Source: an uncultured Planctomycetota bacterium
GTDB taxonomy: Bacteria; Planctomycetota; Planctomycetia; Pirellulales; Lacipirellulaceae
NCBI GenBank assembly: GCA_963719315.1
Contig: CAVRBU010000002.1
Location: 1,088,001-1,152,000, forward strand
Length of the DNA stretch: 64,000 bases
Direction of reading: 5' to 3'
Position numbers and translations under genes: made by a program. Below the pieces are notes generated by a model that saw nothing but the letters and a program-made list of their open reading frames with translations, was not told the origin of the DNA and did no database searches. Below, one piece after another: positions 54,059 through 64,000 of the stretch. The stretch's first letter is position 1. Each line of letters begins with the position of its first letter.

Positions 54059-55165
54059 ATGGCCAAAGCTACTTACAAAGATTCCGGCGTCGATCTCGAT
54101 ATTTATCGCAAGTCGATGTCGCGATTGCCGCGGTTGTTGGGGCGGACACATTCTCCACGGGTCCTCGCGAATGAGGGCGGCTTTGCGGGGTTGTTTCAGC
54201 TCGATTTTTCAGATGGACTGTTTGCGCGGAAGTATCAGGATCCGGTACTGATTTCAGGGACGGATGGCGTCGGAACAAAGCTGAAGGTCGCGCAGCGGGC
54301 GGGCGTCCATAGCACGGTCGGCATCGATCTGGTGGCGATGTGCGTAAACGATGTACTGTGCTGCGGGGCGGAGCCGCTGTTCTTTTTGGATTACGTGGCG
54401 ATGGGGCGGGATGATCCGGCGCTGTTGGAAGCCATCGTGCAGGGCATCAGCGATGGCTGCGTGGTGAGCAACATGGCGCTCATCGGCGGCGAGACGGCGA
54501 TCATGCCGGATTTGTATCAGGCGGACGACTACGATCTGGCCGGGTTTTGCGTCGGCGTCGTCGAGCGGGCAAAGGTGCTGGATGGCACGACGATTTCGCC
54601 GGGCGACGTGGTGATCGGCGTCGCTTCCAGCGGGATCCACTCGAATGGCTTCAGCTTGGTCCGCAAGATTGTTTTTGACATCGCGAAGCTGGATGCGACC
54701 GTTCCATTGCCGTCCGATCTTGTGGGAGCGGTCGCCGACCGCGAATCGGCGTCGGAGGCGCCTCCCACAACAGTGGGCGAAGTGCTGCTCACGCCGACGA
54801 CGATTTACACGCGCGCGGTCCGTGGGGTCCTCGCGCATTACAAAGTCAAGAGCGTCGTGCACGGGATCGCGCACATCACGGGCGGAGGAGTTTTTGAAAA
54901 CCTCGACCGCATTCTACCTCCCGGAATCGGCGTTACCATCGATCGCGGCAGTTGGCCGATTCCCCCTGTCTTCGCGTGGCTCCAAAAGTTGGGCGATGTG
55001 GATGATGACGAGATGTATCGCGTCTTCAATATGGGCGTCGGCTTAGCGCTCGTGGTCAGCCGTTACTATGCGGAAAGTATCCAACAGCAAATGGCGAAGA
55101 CAGGCCACGCGAGTTGGGTAATCGGCCGCGCGGTGCCGGGCAATCAGACGGTCAAGTGGGCGTGA
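54059..55165 (+). CDS. purM: Phosphoribosylformylglycinamidine cyclo-ligase
   Basis: [80 protein letters not shown]. Confidence 0.97.
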   Translation: MAKATYKDSGVDLDIYRKSMSRLPRLLGRTHSPRVLANEGGFAGLFQLDFSDGLFARKYQDPVLISGTDGVGTKLKVAQRAGVHSTVGIDLVAMCVNDVLCCGAEPLFFLDYVAMGRDDPALLEAIVQGISDGCVVSNMALIGGETAIMPDLYQADDYDLAGFCVGVVERAKVLDGTTISPGDVVIGVASSGIHSNGFSLVRKIVFDIAKLDATVPLPSDLVGAVADRESASEAPPTTVGEVLLTPTTIYTRAVRGVLAHYKVKSVVHGIAHITGGGVFENLDRILPPGIGVTIDRGSWPIPPVFAWLQKLGDVDDDEMYRVFNMGVGLALVVSRYYAESIQQQMAKTGHASWVIGRAVPGNQTVKWA

Positions 55166-55213
55166 TGGGTGCGTTCCACCACATTCCGCGACCAGCGGTC
55201 GCGACTTTATGGG

Positions 55214-57812
55214 TCAGCGATTGAGTGCGGTTGGAACTTCGCCTGGTTGTGAACCGACCGTGATTTCGGTGGAGGCCCGGCGGTTCTTTGCTTCGGCAAT
55301 GGCCTCGATAATATCCTTCTGCCGGTAGCCGTTGATGAACACGATCGGCTCGTAAGGTGCGCGACCTGGGAAGATAGCGATTACCGGAATACCTTCGGAG
55401 CCAAGCGCGTTGATGGTGCGCTTGATTTCGGGTGAATAGTCGGTATAGTCCGCATACATCGTGACAACATCTGAACTCTTGATGGCTTGTTCAACGGGCT
55501 CGGTATGCAACACGAGTTTCTCGAGGACCTTGCAAGTTGGGCACCACCCGGCAGAGAAATCGACAAGAACTGTCTTCCCCTCTGTGACGGCCACCTGATG
55601 CAAACGCTCGAGCGAGAACGGTTGCCATCCTTTGTCGGCGGGTGCCATTGCGATTCGGTACATGAAACCGAAGACTCCGATGAATAGGAGGAGCACAACA
55701 ATCGAGCCAGCCCATGCCTTCGCGCGTGCGGCAAATTCTGCCGTCAACGGTGTACGAGCTACATACCAACAGGCGACGCCGACGCCAAGTAGCAAGATGA
55801 GCGTCGGGACAACGGCGCGCTCGTCAACGTACGAGAGTATATACACGACGGTCCCCAAGAGCAGGAAACCGCTAATCTGTTTGAAGGTCTCCATCCAAGC
55901 CCCTGGCTTGGGCAAGAATCGCAGTAGCTCAGGGAAAACGCCGATCACGAGATACGGACTGGCCATTCCAAGCCCGACCGTGCCAAATACCATCAATGTG
56001 GTCGCGACCGGTTGCGATACGCCCCAGGTAATGGCAGCGGCCATGAGCGGAGCAGTGCACGGCGTGGCGAGAATTGTAGTAACAACACCTTTTAGAAACG
56101 CGCCCAACGGCCCTTCTTTCGCGGCAGCCGACTGAACAGACCCGCTCCCGAAGAAGCCGGGAATTGGAATTTCCCACACTCCGAGAAGGCTGAGTGCCAT
56201 CGCAAATACGACGGCAGAAATCGTCACATTGAATGCCACGCTTCCATTCTGCCCACCCCAGCCCAACCCCTCCGCGCCGAGGCCAAGACGCGGCAGCGAA
56301 GCTAACACTGCAAGTACTAAGAACACTGAAATAATGCCGGCTGCAAACCACACGTTCAGGAAAAACGCATGGCCACGGCTTTTACCCGATTGCTCGACGA
56401 AGCTCATCACCTTGAGGCCAATCACAGGCAGAACGCACGGCATTAGATTGAGAATCAGGCCGCCCACGAACGCGATCGCGAAATAATACGAGAGTGAACC
56501 TTGCGCGGCGCCCTGTAGCGCGATGCGACTGAGCTCGTAGGTGCCCGTGGACGACGACGTTTCGTTGCCGGCCGGCGCCTGTACGGGGGGCGGGTTGGCG
56601 GCGGTCACTTCGTGCCGGCCCGTCGGCTGTCCATAGAAATCGGCCAGCGCGGCAGCCGCAGCGGCGACTTTCGGGTAGCTGTCGCCGGGGGCGAACGTCA
56701 GCAGCGCGTCGGCGTGGCTTGGCTCGGCAGCGACTTTGAGCGTCGTGGCAAACCGCACCGCGGCCGGCATTTCGCAATTGTTCTGCCCCGGTCCGCCGCT
56801 AGTGCAGACTTGAAAGCCGATAAGCCCCGCGATCGCGTACTCGCCGAGCGGCGCGTTTTTTGGAACTTCAATCCGCTGCGTCCAAGTAACGCTTCCCTCG
56901 TGGTACCGCATCACACCGAACGTCGGATTGGAGTTGTCGACAATTGGTACGGCGTCCGTCGAGGGTGGCTGCGGCAGCAGGCCACCGGCGGTTTGAATTG
57001 CAATCAGCGTGGGTTTCGAGCCGCTTGTCGCGTCACGCTCGGCCAGCGCGAAAATATGAGCGTGCTCGGGCACGGTCGCGGTGATGTGCAACTCGGCCGA
57101 CTCACCGGGCGCGACGGCCGACGGCACGAGCCGGCCGCTGAACTTCGCCGACGAACCCTTAGGCTGGTAGCTGGCGACGGTCGATTGCGAATGTCCATTG
57201 GCCGATTCGAGTGGCCAACCTTCGATGTGGACTCCAAGTTTGGCGGACGTGTCTTCATGGGCGATGAAGTCGTTGTTCACCGGAACACATGAACCACCCG
57301 CCTGACAGACGACCATGTGGATCGAGCCGTGAATCTCCAGCCTCTTCGGGTCGACGCCGGCCGTAATCTCGATGGGCGCATACCAAGTGACTTCGCCTTC
57401 GTGCTCTTCGATCTTGAGACCGGTCCAAACGGGACCGGTTTCAATATGAACATTGGGCGGCGGCTGCGACCGGAAGGGGGAGAGCAAACGATAGTCGTTG
57501 GACCGGGCCAACTCGATTTTTGTCGGTTGCGGCCCACCCGGTGGTTGTGCGAGCGAATAGGCGTGCTTACCCGGCGCAATTTGGGCGGTGATCGAGAGAA
57601 TGGCAGGCTGGTCGGCCGTTGCGCTTGTGAAGCGCGAAGTGATCGTGGCCGGCTCGCCGAAATCAGCTACCGAGCCATCGAATCGGCCAACGATGCCCGG
57701 GGCGGAGAGATTCTGTGCATCGAACGGGCTAGAATTTTGATTTTGCGCTGGCGGCACCGATCGCCGCCAGCGACACAACCAGGGCAAAAAGGTACGGAAC
57801 GATTTGGCGCAC
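55214..57812 (-). CDS. dsbD: DsbD-like thiol:disulfide interchange protein (two N-terminal Ig-like domains, TM domain, thioredoxin); frameshift near 57745 separates the signal peptide
   Basis: LNLMPCVLPV, LATPCTAP, LPKPGAWM, VDFSAGWCPTCK; upstream frame from GTG 57812 gives MRQIVPYLFALVVSLAAIGAASA. Confidence 0.88.
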
Positions 57813-57904
57813 GTATGGGTTCCTAATTCGTGTGGGCATCCCGATAATTTTACTCGGTCGACGAATGTAGGCCTACTGGGGAATCAGGCCAGATGACTGT
57901 GTTC

Positions 57905-57963
57905 GAAGCACGCAGCGCAAGCAAAAGATTGGCCTGGCGTCCCTTGCTTGCGCTGCGGGCTTC
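57905..57963. repeat. Palindromic REP-like inverted pair
   Basis: GAAGCACGCAGCGCAAGCAA ... TTGCTTGCGCTGCGGGCTTC. Confidence 0.65.
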
Positions 57964-59011
57964 AATCCGGAGCAGCAGAAATAATGGCGGCGACAATCCG
58001 GCGAAAGCGGCCGATTATCTGTGGCCGGTATTCGAATTGTCGCTCCTCGACGTAAATCCAACGGATCCAATTGTAGCCGGCGAGGATGTTGCCACTTGTG
58101 TTGAGGGCGTATGCTGCGCGGGTTTCAGCCGGGGAGAGTGGGCGGATGGTGTTGTATGCGACAAGTCCATCTCGCCAAATGTTAGAGATGTTCGTCGAAC
58201 CCTCCCCTTGCCCCTCCCAAAAAGGGAGGGGAGCTTGAGCAGCCAAACTGCCGAGGAGACGGGCGATGTCGGTCGCGGGGGTGTCGATGTCGACCGCGCC
58301 GAAATCGATCAAACCGGCGACTTCCTCGCCGGTGAAGAGGACATGGTCGTGCCAGATATCGCGCAGGCAGGGTTGAAGTGGGAGAGGCGAATTGGCCAAC
58401 GGTTCGAGTTGGGCGATTGCGCGTGAGATGGCTTGAGGCAGTTGGGCTAGGAATTGGTACGCGAGGGGGGCGAGGTCAGGCCAGGTGGTGTCGCGGATGG
58501 AGTACGCGAGATTGTTGATTTCGTTGGAACTTAGTTCGCAGACGCGACCGAGGTGGCGAGTGACCGCATTGACACCCCCGGCTGTGCCGGGGGCTGCCGG
58601 ATGTGCGAAGTCGGCGACTGCGTTGTGAAATTGAGCGAGAACTCGCATCGCGGCGCGGAGCTTTTCAAGGCTTGGCGCGGTGTTGAAGTCAGCGACGCCG
58701 GGCATCCGGGGGGCGAGTTCCCATAAATGGCCGGCGTGGGAAACGAACGATTGCCCCGCTTGCGTCGTAGCAGGAAATGGAACGAATTCGCAACCGCGAT
58801 TCGACGCGTGGCGAAGAACGGAGTGAATAAACTGTAGCCGGGCCGGCGGCGGGTACTCGACTGGCCAGCGGCGGAGAATCAAATCGCCCCGCGGGGCAGC
58901 AATACTCCAGAATTGCGCGCCGCTCAGGCCGCCGGCCGAGCCTAGTGGCTCGATGTGCGCGGACTGGCAATCAAGCGGGTATTTTGCCAAAACGTCGTGG
59001 ATTTCGAGCAT
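57962..59011 (-). CDS. APH/type II homoserine kinase-like phosphotransferase
   Basis: GGLSGA, WELAPRMPG, LAQFH, CLRDIWHDHVLF, GLIDFG, DIARLLGS. Confidence 0.8.
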   Translation of the reverse strand: MLEIHDVLAKYPLDCQSAHIEPLGSAGGLSGAQFWSIAAPRGDLILRRWPVEYPPPARLQFIHSVLRHASNRGCEFVPFPATTQAGQSFVSHAGHLWELAPRMPGVADFNTAPSLEKLRAAMRVLAQFHNAVADFAHPAAPGTAGGVNAVTRHLGRVCELSSNEINNLAYSIRDTTWPDLAPLAYQFLAQLPQAISRAIAQLEPLANSPLPLQPCLRDIWHDHVLFTGEEVAGLIDFGAVDIDTPATDIARLLGSLAAQAPLPFWEGQGEGSTNISNIWRDGLVAYNTIRPLSPAETRAAYALNTSGNILAGYNWIRWIYVEERQFEYRPQIIGRFRRIVAAIISAAPD

Positions 59012-59250
59012 TTATTAGTAGCGGTCAATACACCTGGAACACCGCGGACGACTTCGATCGCGCCAGGGCCAATTTGAGACCTGGGCGGACGGCTTGCGGA
59101 GCATGCCTGTTACAATAAGGTCTTTACTGCACGCTTTATGCGTGAAAAATGGGGTATATTCACCAGGGCCATTCTACACGCACTTCGTTGATCCCCACCC
59201 ACTGTGCGGGCCGCAGACGGCCGCAACTCTTAGCAGGCAAGGTATTTATC

Positions 59251-62077
59251 ATGCGTTTGACTCCCCGTTTGGATTTGTCGCTAGTCGTATTCTCTGTTGC
59301 GGCGGCGCTGCTCATGCTTAGTCCGCAGGCCTCGTTGCGAGCCGCAGATTTGGAACAATTGCTACAAGCCGCGGCAGAAAACGCGAAACCTAAGACCGAC
59401 AACCCCCACAAGGCGACGGACGGCGCGGGCGACAAAGCCAAGGACGAAGGCAACGGCGCCAAGAAGGACGAAGACACAGCCGCCAAACCGGCTCAGAAGC
59501 CGAACAGCGATGCACCGGCCGAAAAGAAGAAACCGAAGTATCCGCCCTACGCCGAACTGCTCAAAGATACGCAGAAACTCGAAGGTCTCGTCACGTTGCA
59601 TCGCAAAGACGACACCTTGTTCGCCGAAATAGGTCCTCGGCAATTAGACCGCGATTACATCGTCCTGATTACGATTGCTCGCGGCATCGGCCAGACGCCA
59701 ATTCTGGGTGGCTTCAGTTGGGGCTTCGGCGATGATGCCGTCTGGCAATTCCGCAAAGCGGGCGAGAACCTTCAACTCGTGCGGCGGAATGTGCGGTTTA
59801 TCGCCGATAAGGGTAGCCCGACCGAACGGGCCGTGAAGTTTGCGTACACCGACAGCGTGTTGTTCAGCCTGCCTATTCGCACTGTCAGCCCGCAGGGCGC
59901 GTTTGTCGTGGATTTGACGCCGGTGTTCATGAGCGACTTGCCGCAGATCGGGTTCGTGTTGCCGGGATTCTCGTTTTCAGCCAATAAGTCGACGTGGTCC
60001 GAAGTGGATGTGTTGCCGAAAAACGTCGAGTTGGGCGTGGCTGCCACGTATGCCTCAAGCGGCATGGCCAACATTGATTCCGTTCCGGACACGCGCGGTG
60101 TGACAATTGACGTGCATTACTCGATTAGCGAGCTGCCACAAACTTCCTATCGGCCGCGACTGGCCGATGACCGGATTGGATACTTCGTAACGGCACTTAA
60201 GGATTTCTCGAAGAAAGAAAGCGACGACGATCGGTTTGTGCGATATATCAATCGCTGGAACTTGGAGAAATCGGACCCGACTGCTGAGATGTCCACGCCG
60301 AAGGAGCCAATCATCTTCTGGCTCGAAAAAACGATCCCATTCAAATACCGCAAGCCGATTCGCGACGGCATTCTGGAGTGGAACAAAGCCTTTGCCAAAG
60401 CGGGCTTTTATGACGCGGTGGAAGTCCGCCAGCAGCCAGAGGATGCGCCATGGGATCCGGGTGATATTCGCTATAACACGTTCCGCTGGATGACGGCGGA
60501 AGCTGGCTTCGCGATGGGCCCCTCGCGCGTGAATCCGACGACCGGGCAGATTCTGGACGCCGACATTATTTTTGATTCCGACTTCCTCCAAGTCTGGAAG
60601 CAGGATTACGAAACCTTTACCCCCGCCAGCGTAGCGGCCCTCACGGGTGGGGCAATTACGCTCGAAGATTACCGGGCCGATATGAAGCGGATGCCCGCCT
60701 ACATGCAGGAAATGCACGGGGCGAATTGCACGTGCAGCATGTTGGGCGGTATGTCGCGGCAACTTGCACTTGGAGCTTCCGTGATGGCCACACGCAAACG
60801 CAGCGAGGCCGACTTCGACAAGCTCGTCATGCAGGGGTTGAAGGAAATCACAATGCACGAGGCCGGCCACACGCTCGGCCTCATGCACAACTTCAAGGCC
60901 AGTGCTCTGTATTCCCTCGCGGACGCGAACAATGTGGAAAAGACTCGCGATACCGGCATCGGCGCGTCCGTTATGGACTACAACCCGGTGAACATCATGC
61001 CCTCGGGCGAAACGCAAGGCGATTATTTCTCGACCACGATCGGCCCGTATGACATGTGGGCCATTTCGTATGGCTACACGCCGATTAAGGCCAGTTCGCC
61101 GGATGCTGAATTGAAGGAATTACAGAAGATCGCGTCGCGAAGTGGCGAGCCCGGTCTCGCGTTCTCCACGGACGACGATGCCCGCGGTATCGATCCCGAT
61201 CCGCACAGCATGCGATTCGACTTGAGCAACGATTTAGTCGAGTACGCGAAATCGCAGGCGAAGCTAGTGGCCGAATGTCTGCAGAACGTGATCGACGATT
61301 CGACGAAGGACGGCGACGGCTACCAACGGGCGCGGCGCATGTTCGGCATTCTCCTTTCGCAACACGGCAAGGCGATGTTCGACGCTTCGCGTTATATCGG
61401 CGGATTGTACGTGAGCCGCAGCCACAAGGGCGATGCCAAGGCGCCGAAACCGTTGGAAGTTGTGCCAGCCGAGAAGCAACGGGCAGCGCTCGGCTTGTTG
61501 GAAGATCAGGTGTTTAACGACAAACCTTTCAATTTCCCACCGGACCTTTACAACCAACTAGCGGCGTCGCACTGGGACCATTGGGGTTCCCAAATCGCCG
61601 ATCGCGGCGACTTTCCGGCGCACGATGTCATCTTGATGTGGCAGGATCGGATTCTGAGCAAGCTGATGTCGCCGCTAACGCTTGCACGGCTCCACGACAG
61701 CGAACTCAAAACGGCGCCCGACGTTCAACGCGCTGACGACCGCCGAACTCATCGAACGGTTGACGAAGGCCGTCTATTCGGAAGTCGACACGACGAAGGA
61801 AGGCGAGTTCACGAATCGCAAGCCGGCCATTTCGAGCTTGCGCCGAAACCTGCAGCGGACATATCTGAGACGGATTTCGCAGTTGGCGCTCGGCCAGACT
61901 TCGGCCCCCGAGGACTGCCAGACCGTGGCCTACGCAGAACTCGGCAAGCTCAAGACGCGAATCGATTCCCTCACGGGTGGCCCGGTCAAGCTCGACAGCT
62001 ATTCGAAAGCCCACCTGCAGGAAACCTCGGCTCGAATCGCCAAGGTCTTGGATGCGCGGATGTTCGTTTCTCCGTAG
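59251..62077 (+). CDS. Exported zinc-dependent metalloprotease (DUF5117/EcxA-like metzincin); frameshift near 61725
   Basis: PRLADDRIGYF, YINRWNL, GILEWNKAF, NPTTGQILDADI, HEAGHTLGLMHN, SVMDY, IGPYDMWAISYGY. Confidence 0.9.
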
Positions 62078-62179
62078 CTTGGACTCGCTGATCGCTCGAT
62101 TCGTTCTCGTATCCGCCAGTTCATTTTGGTACAATCGAACTGCGCACATTGTGCACAAACATTGATTGAAAGGCGAGCG

Positions 62180-62389
62180 ATGAAAGCCGTCATGGCCAAC
62201 GTGCCGGAACACATTCTAGAATGGCGACGCCGCACCGGCGCCAACCTATGGGAATATCGGCTTCGTGAGCAGGGCGCCCACGGTTGGATACGAAGCGACG
62301 TGGCAAGCGTCGAAATGCGGGCGGCAGCAGACGATGAACTGGAAATTCGCGTTGCCGGCCAAGACGAAACTTTGGCGAAGCTGCCATGA
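62180..62389 (+). pseudogene. Short ORF, probably an internally deleted Uma2-family endonuclease remnant
   Basis: N-terminus MKAVMANVPEHILEWRRRTGA and C-terminus GWIRS....EMR...LEIR recall planctomycete Uma2 proteins but the nuclease core is absent; recollection only. Confidence 0.4.
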
Positions 62390-62733
62390 AAATGATCTTT
62401 GCCGTCATTCAGCCGACCAAGCTCGACGCCGTTCAGCAGGCGCTTGCGCGATTGGATGTGGCGCGGATGACCGTGGGCGACGCCATGGGCTACGCCCGGC
62501 AGCGCGGGCAGCTCGAAACCTATCGCGGCCACGAATATAAGACGAACCTGCTGCGAAAAATCTGCCTGGAAATCGCGGTGAACGACGACTTCGTGGACCG
62601 CACGGTGGAATGCCTGGAGGAGGTCGCCCGCACGAGTGCCGAGGGCCACATCGGCGACGGCAAAATCTTCGTTGTCCCAATGGAACAGGCGATCCAAATC
62701 AGCGACGGCTACAGTGGCAAGGGCGCGATTTGA
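62386..62733 (+). CDS. glnB: P-II family nitrogen regulator
   Basis: MKMIFAVIQPTKLD.V..AL, GYARQRG...YRGHEY, GHIGDGKIFV. Confidence 0.92.
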   Translation: MKMIFAVIQPTKLDAVQQALARLDVARMTVGDAMGYARQRGQLETYRGHEYKTNLLRKICLEIAVNDDFVDRTVECLEEVARTSAEGHIGDGKIFVVPMEQAIQISDGYSGKGAI

Positions 62734-62738
62734 GCACG

Positions 62739-63086
62739 ATGCGCGTGGTGCTGCTCACCAATGACTTGATGGTCGCTTCCCGCGTTCAAGGAGCCGCAGA
62801 GCGGACCGCGGCGACGGTATGTGTGGCGGCCGGAGTATCGCAAGCGGTCGACCTTCAGGGCATAGAGCCAGTAGACTCCGTGATCGTGGACCTCGCCACC
62901 CCGTCGGTCGACTTACAAGCGCTGGTTCGCGAAATGATATCGGGGACCGAGAAGTCTCCACGCATCGTGGCATTCGGCCCCCACGTGCACGAGAGTCGAC
63001 TGGCGGCCGCGCGCGCTGCCGGTTGCGAGGTGGTGATGAGTCGCGGTCAGTTTTTTGCGCAGGTCGATGCGATACTTGGCGGATGA
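62739..63086 (+). CDS. Single-domain atypical receiver (CheY-like) protein
   Basis: VVLLTNDLM, VIVDL, IVAFGPHV, AARAAGC..VMSR. Confidence 0.65.
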   Translation: MRVVLLTNDLMVASRVQGAAERTAATVCVAAGVSQAVDLQGIEPVDSVIVDLATPSVDLQALVREMISGTEKSPRIVAFGPHVHESRLAAARAAGCEVVMSRGQFFAQVDAILGG

Positions 63087-63108
63087 GTTCGCAACCGCCA
63101 AAAATGCC

Positions 63109-64000
63109 TCAACCCCGCGCGTCGGCCGGCAGCGCGGCGCCCTGCGCTGCGATTTCGGGCACGCCGGTCGCCGGGTCGTCGGTGAGTGGTGGAATGCCAT
63201 ACTCTTCCGTCTGGTCGACATACACCTCATTCATCTGCACGCCGTCGATATCGCGGCGCAACAGCAGGTAGATTCCCACGGCGGAAACCCAGAGAAAGCC
63301 TGCCTGATAGCCGGCCACGAGGGCCGCGACGAGACCCTTCCAGAAGCGTATCACAATCCGCGTCGCGGAAAGTACGCCATTCAACTCCTGCGGCTGCGCG
63401 AGAGTTTCGGCCGGTGTGGCCGCTGTCTCCGAAGTCGTGTCCTCGGGCACCACTTGAATGGCCGGCGCCTCAGGCGCATCCGCCACCCCCGGCGGCGGCG
63501 GGGCGACCACGGTTCGCATGGTTTCCTTGTCGAGACTCCAATGGATCGACCAATTTCCTAGCGCCACAGCCGATGAAGCGAACAGCGTAACGACGAACAT
63601 GCTGGCTACCGCCAAAAAACCTGCGTAGAGCACGTACCAGAGCAATCGCCAGGGGCGATGATAGGTGTACGCGTAGCTGCGGCTAAGGGCGTCGAATGCA
63701 TCGGTGCCTTCGACGCTGACCGTAGCCCACATCAGCGGCCAGCCAAATAGCGCGCCCATGAGCAAAATGGCCATCATCAATCCTAGCAACAGCACAAATG
63801 GCCAGGCGAGCGCCGCGACGAACGCCAGGACATCGGCTCGCATGACAAACCCCAGCACGACGAGTTGTAGCGCGAACACGGCGGTGCCGGCCAGCGCGAT
63901 GAGCGCCGGCAAACTATACGAAGGCAACTTGGAAGCCGAGTGCCTCAAGGCGGAAAAGATGCCGGGCGCTTCGTCGCGCGTGAATTTCAAGGCGGCGATT
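63109..64000 (-). CDS. Membrane hypothetical protein, C-terminal part (5' end outside the window)
   Basis: Several hydrophobic segments; EGTDAFDALSRSYAY, IYLLLRRDIDG. Confidence 0.75.
   Translation of the reverse strand, partial: IAALKFTRDEAPGIFSALRHSASKLPSYSLPALIALAGTAVFALQLVVLGFVMRADVLAFVAALAWPFVLLLGLMMAILLMGALFGWPLMWATVSVEGTDAFDALSRSYAYTYHRPWRLLWYVLYAGFLAVASMFVVTLFASSAVALGNWSIHWSLDKETMRTVVAPPPPGVADAPEAPAIQVVPEDTTSETAATPAETLAQPQELNGVLSATRIVIRFWKGLVAALVAGYQAGFLWVSAVGIYLLLRRDIDGVQMNEVYVDQTEEYGIPPLTDDPATGVPEIAAQGAALPADARG

Overview
High-GC bacterial chromosome segment, very probably from a planctomycete of the Pirellulales/Lacipirellula type (DUF1559 prepilin-like protein, PVC-type haem-binding CxxCH protein, dockerin-like and PEP-CTERM proteins, sulfatase). 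The left arm holds addA (partial) and addB, a DUF1559 gene, tRNA-Leu(CAG), a sulfatase, gmd, nuoI-A-C-D, an ISKra4-type IS and araBDA. The centre is a ~26 kb integrative element (19249-45346) bounded by a perfect 45-bp direct repeat of the 3' part of tRNA-Lys(CTT). Its compact core is a tyrosine integrase, an AlpA/Xis-like HTH, a 37-bp tandem repeat with a hairpin, and RHH-like and wHTH genes. Its cargo is partly decayed: topoisomerase IB and Ku fragments, a PRC-barrel protein, dodecin, a five-gene PEP-CTERM/secreted protein array, three IS, and a five-gene exported catabolic cassette. The right arm holds an FG-GAP PEP-CTERM pseudogene, a second IS5-family copy, hicBA, cbiET, glgX, higBA, purM, a dsbD-like gene, a phosphotransferase, a Zn metalloprotease and P-II. 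Several families of REP-like palindromes and inverted heptamer repeats occur throughout the host arms, and at least seven sit in frame inside protein genes. About ten single-base frameshifts look like long-read indel errors. All calls come from motif recognition by eye; no searches were run.
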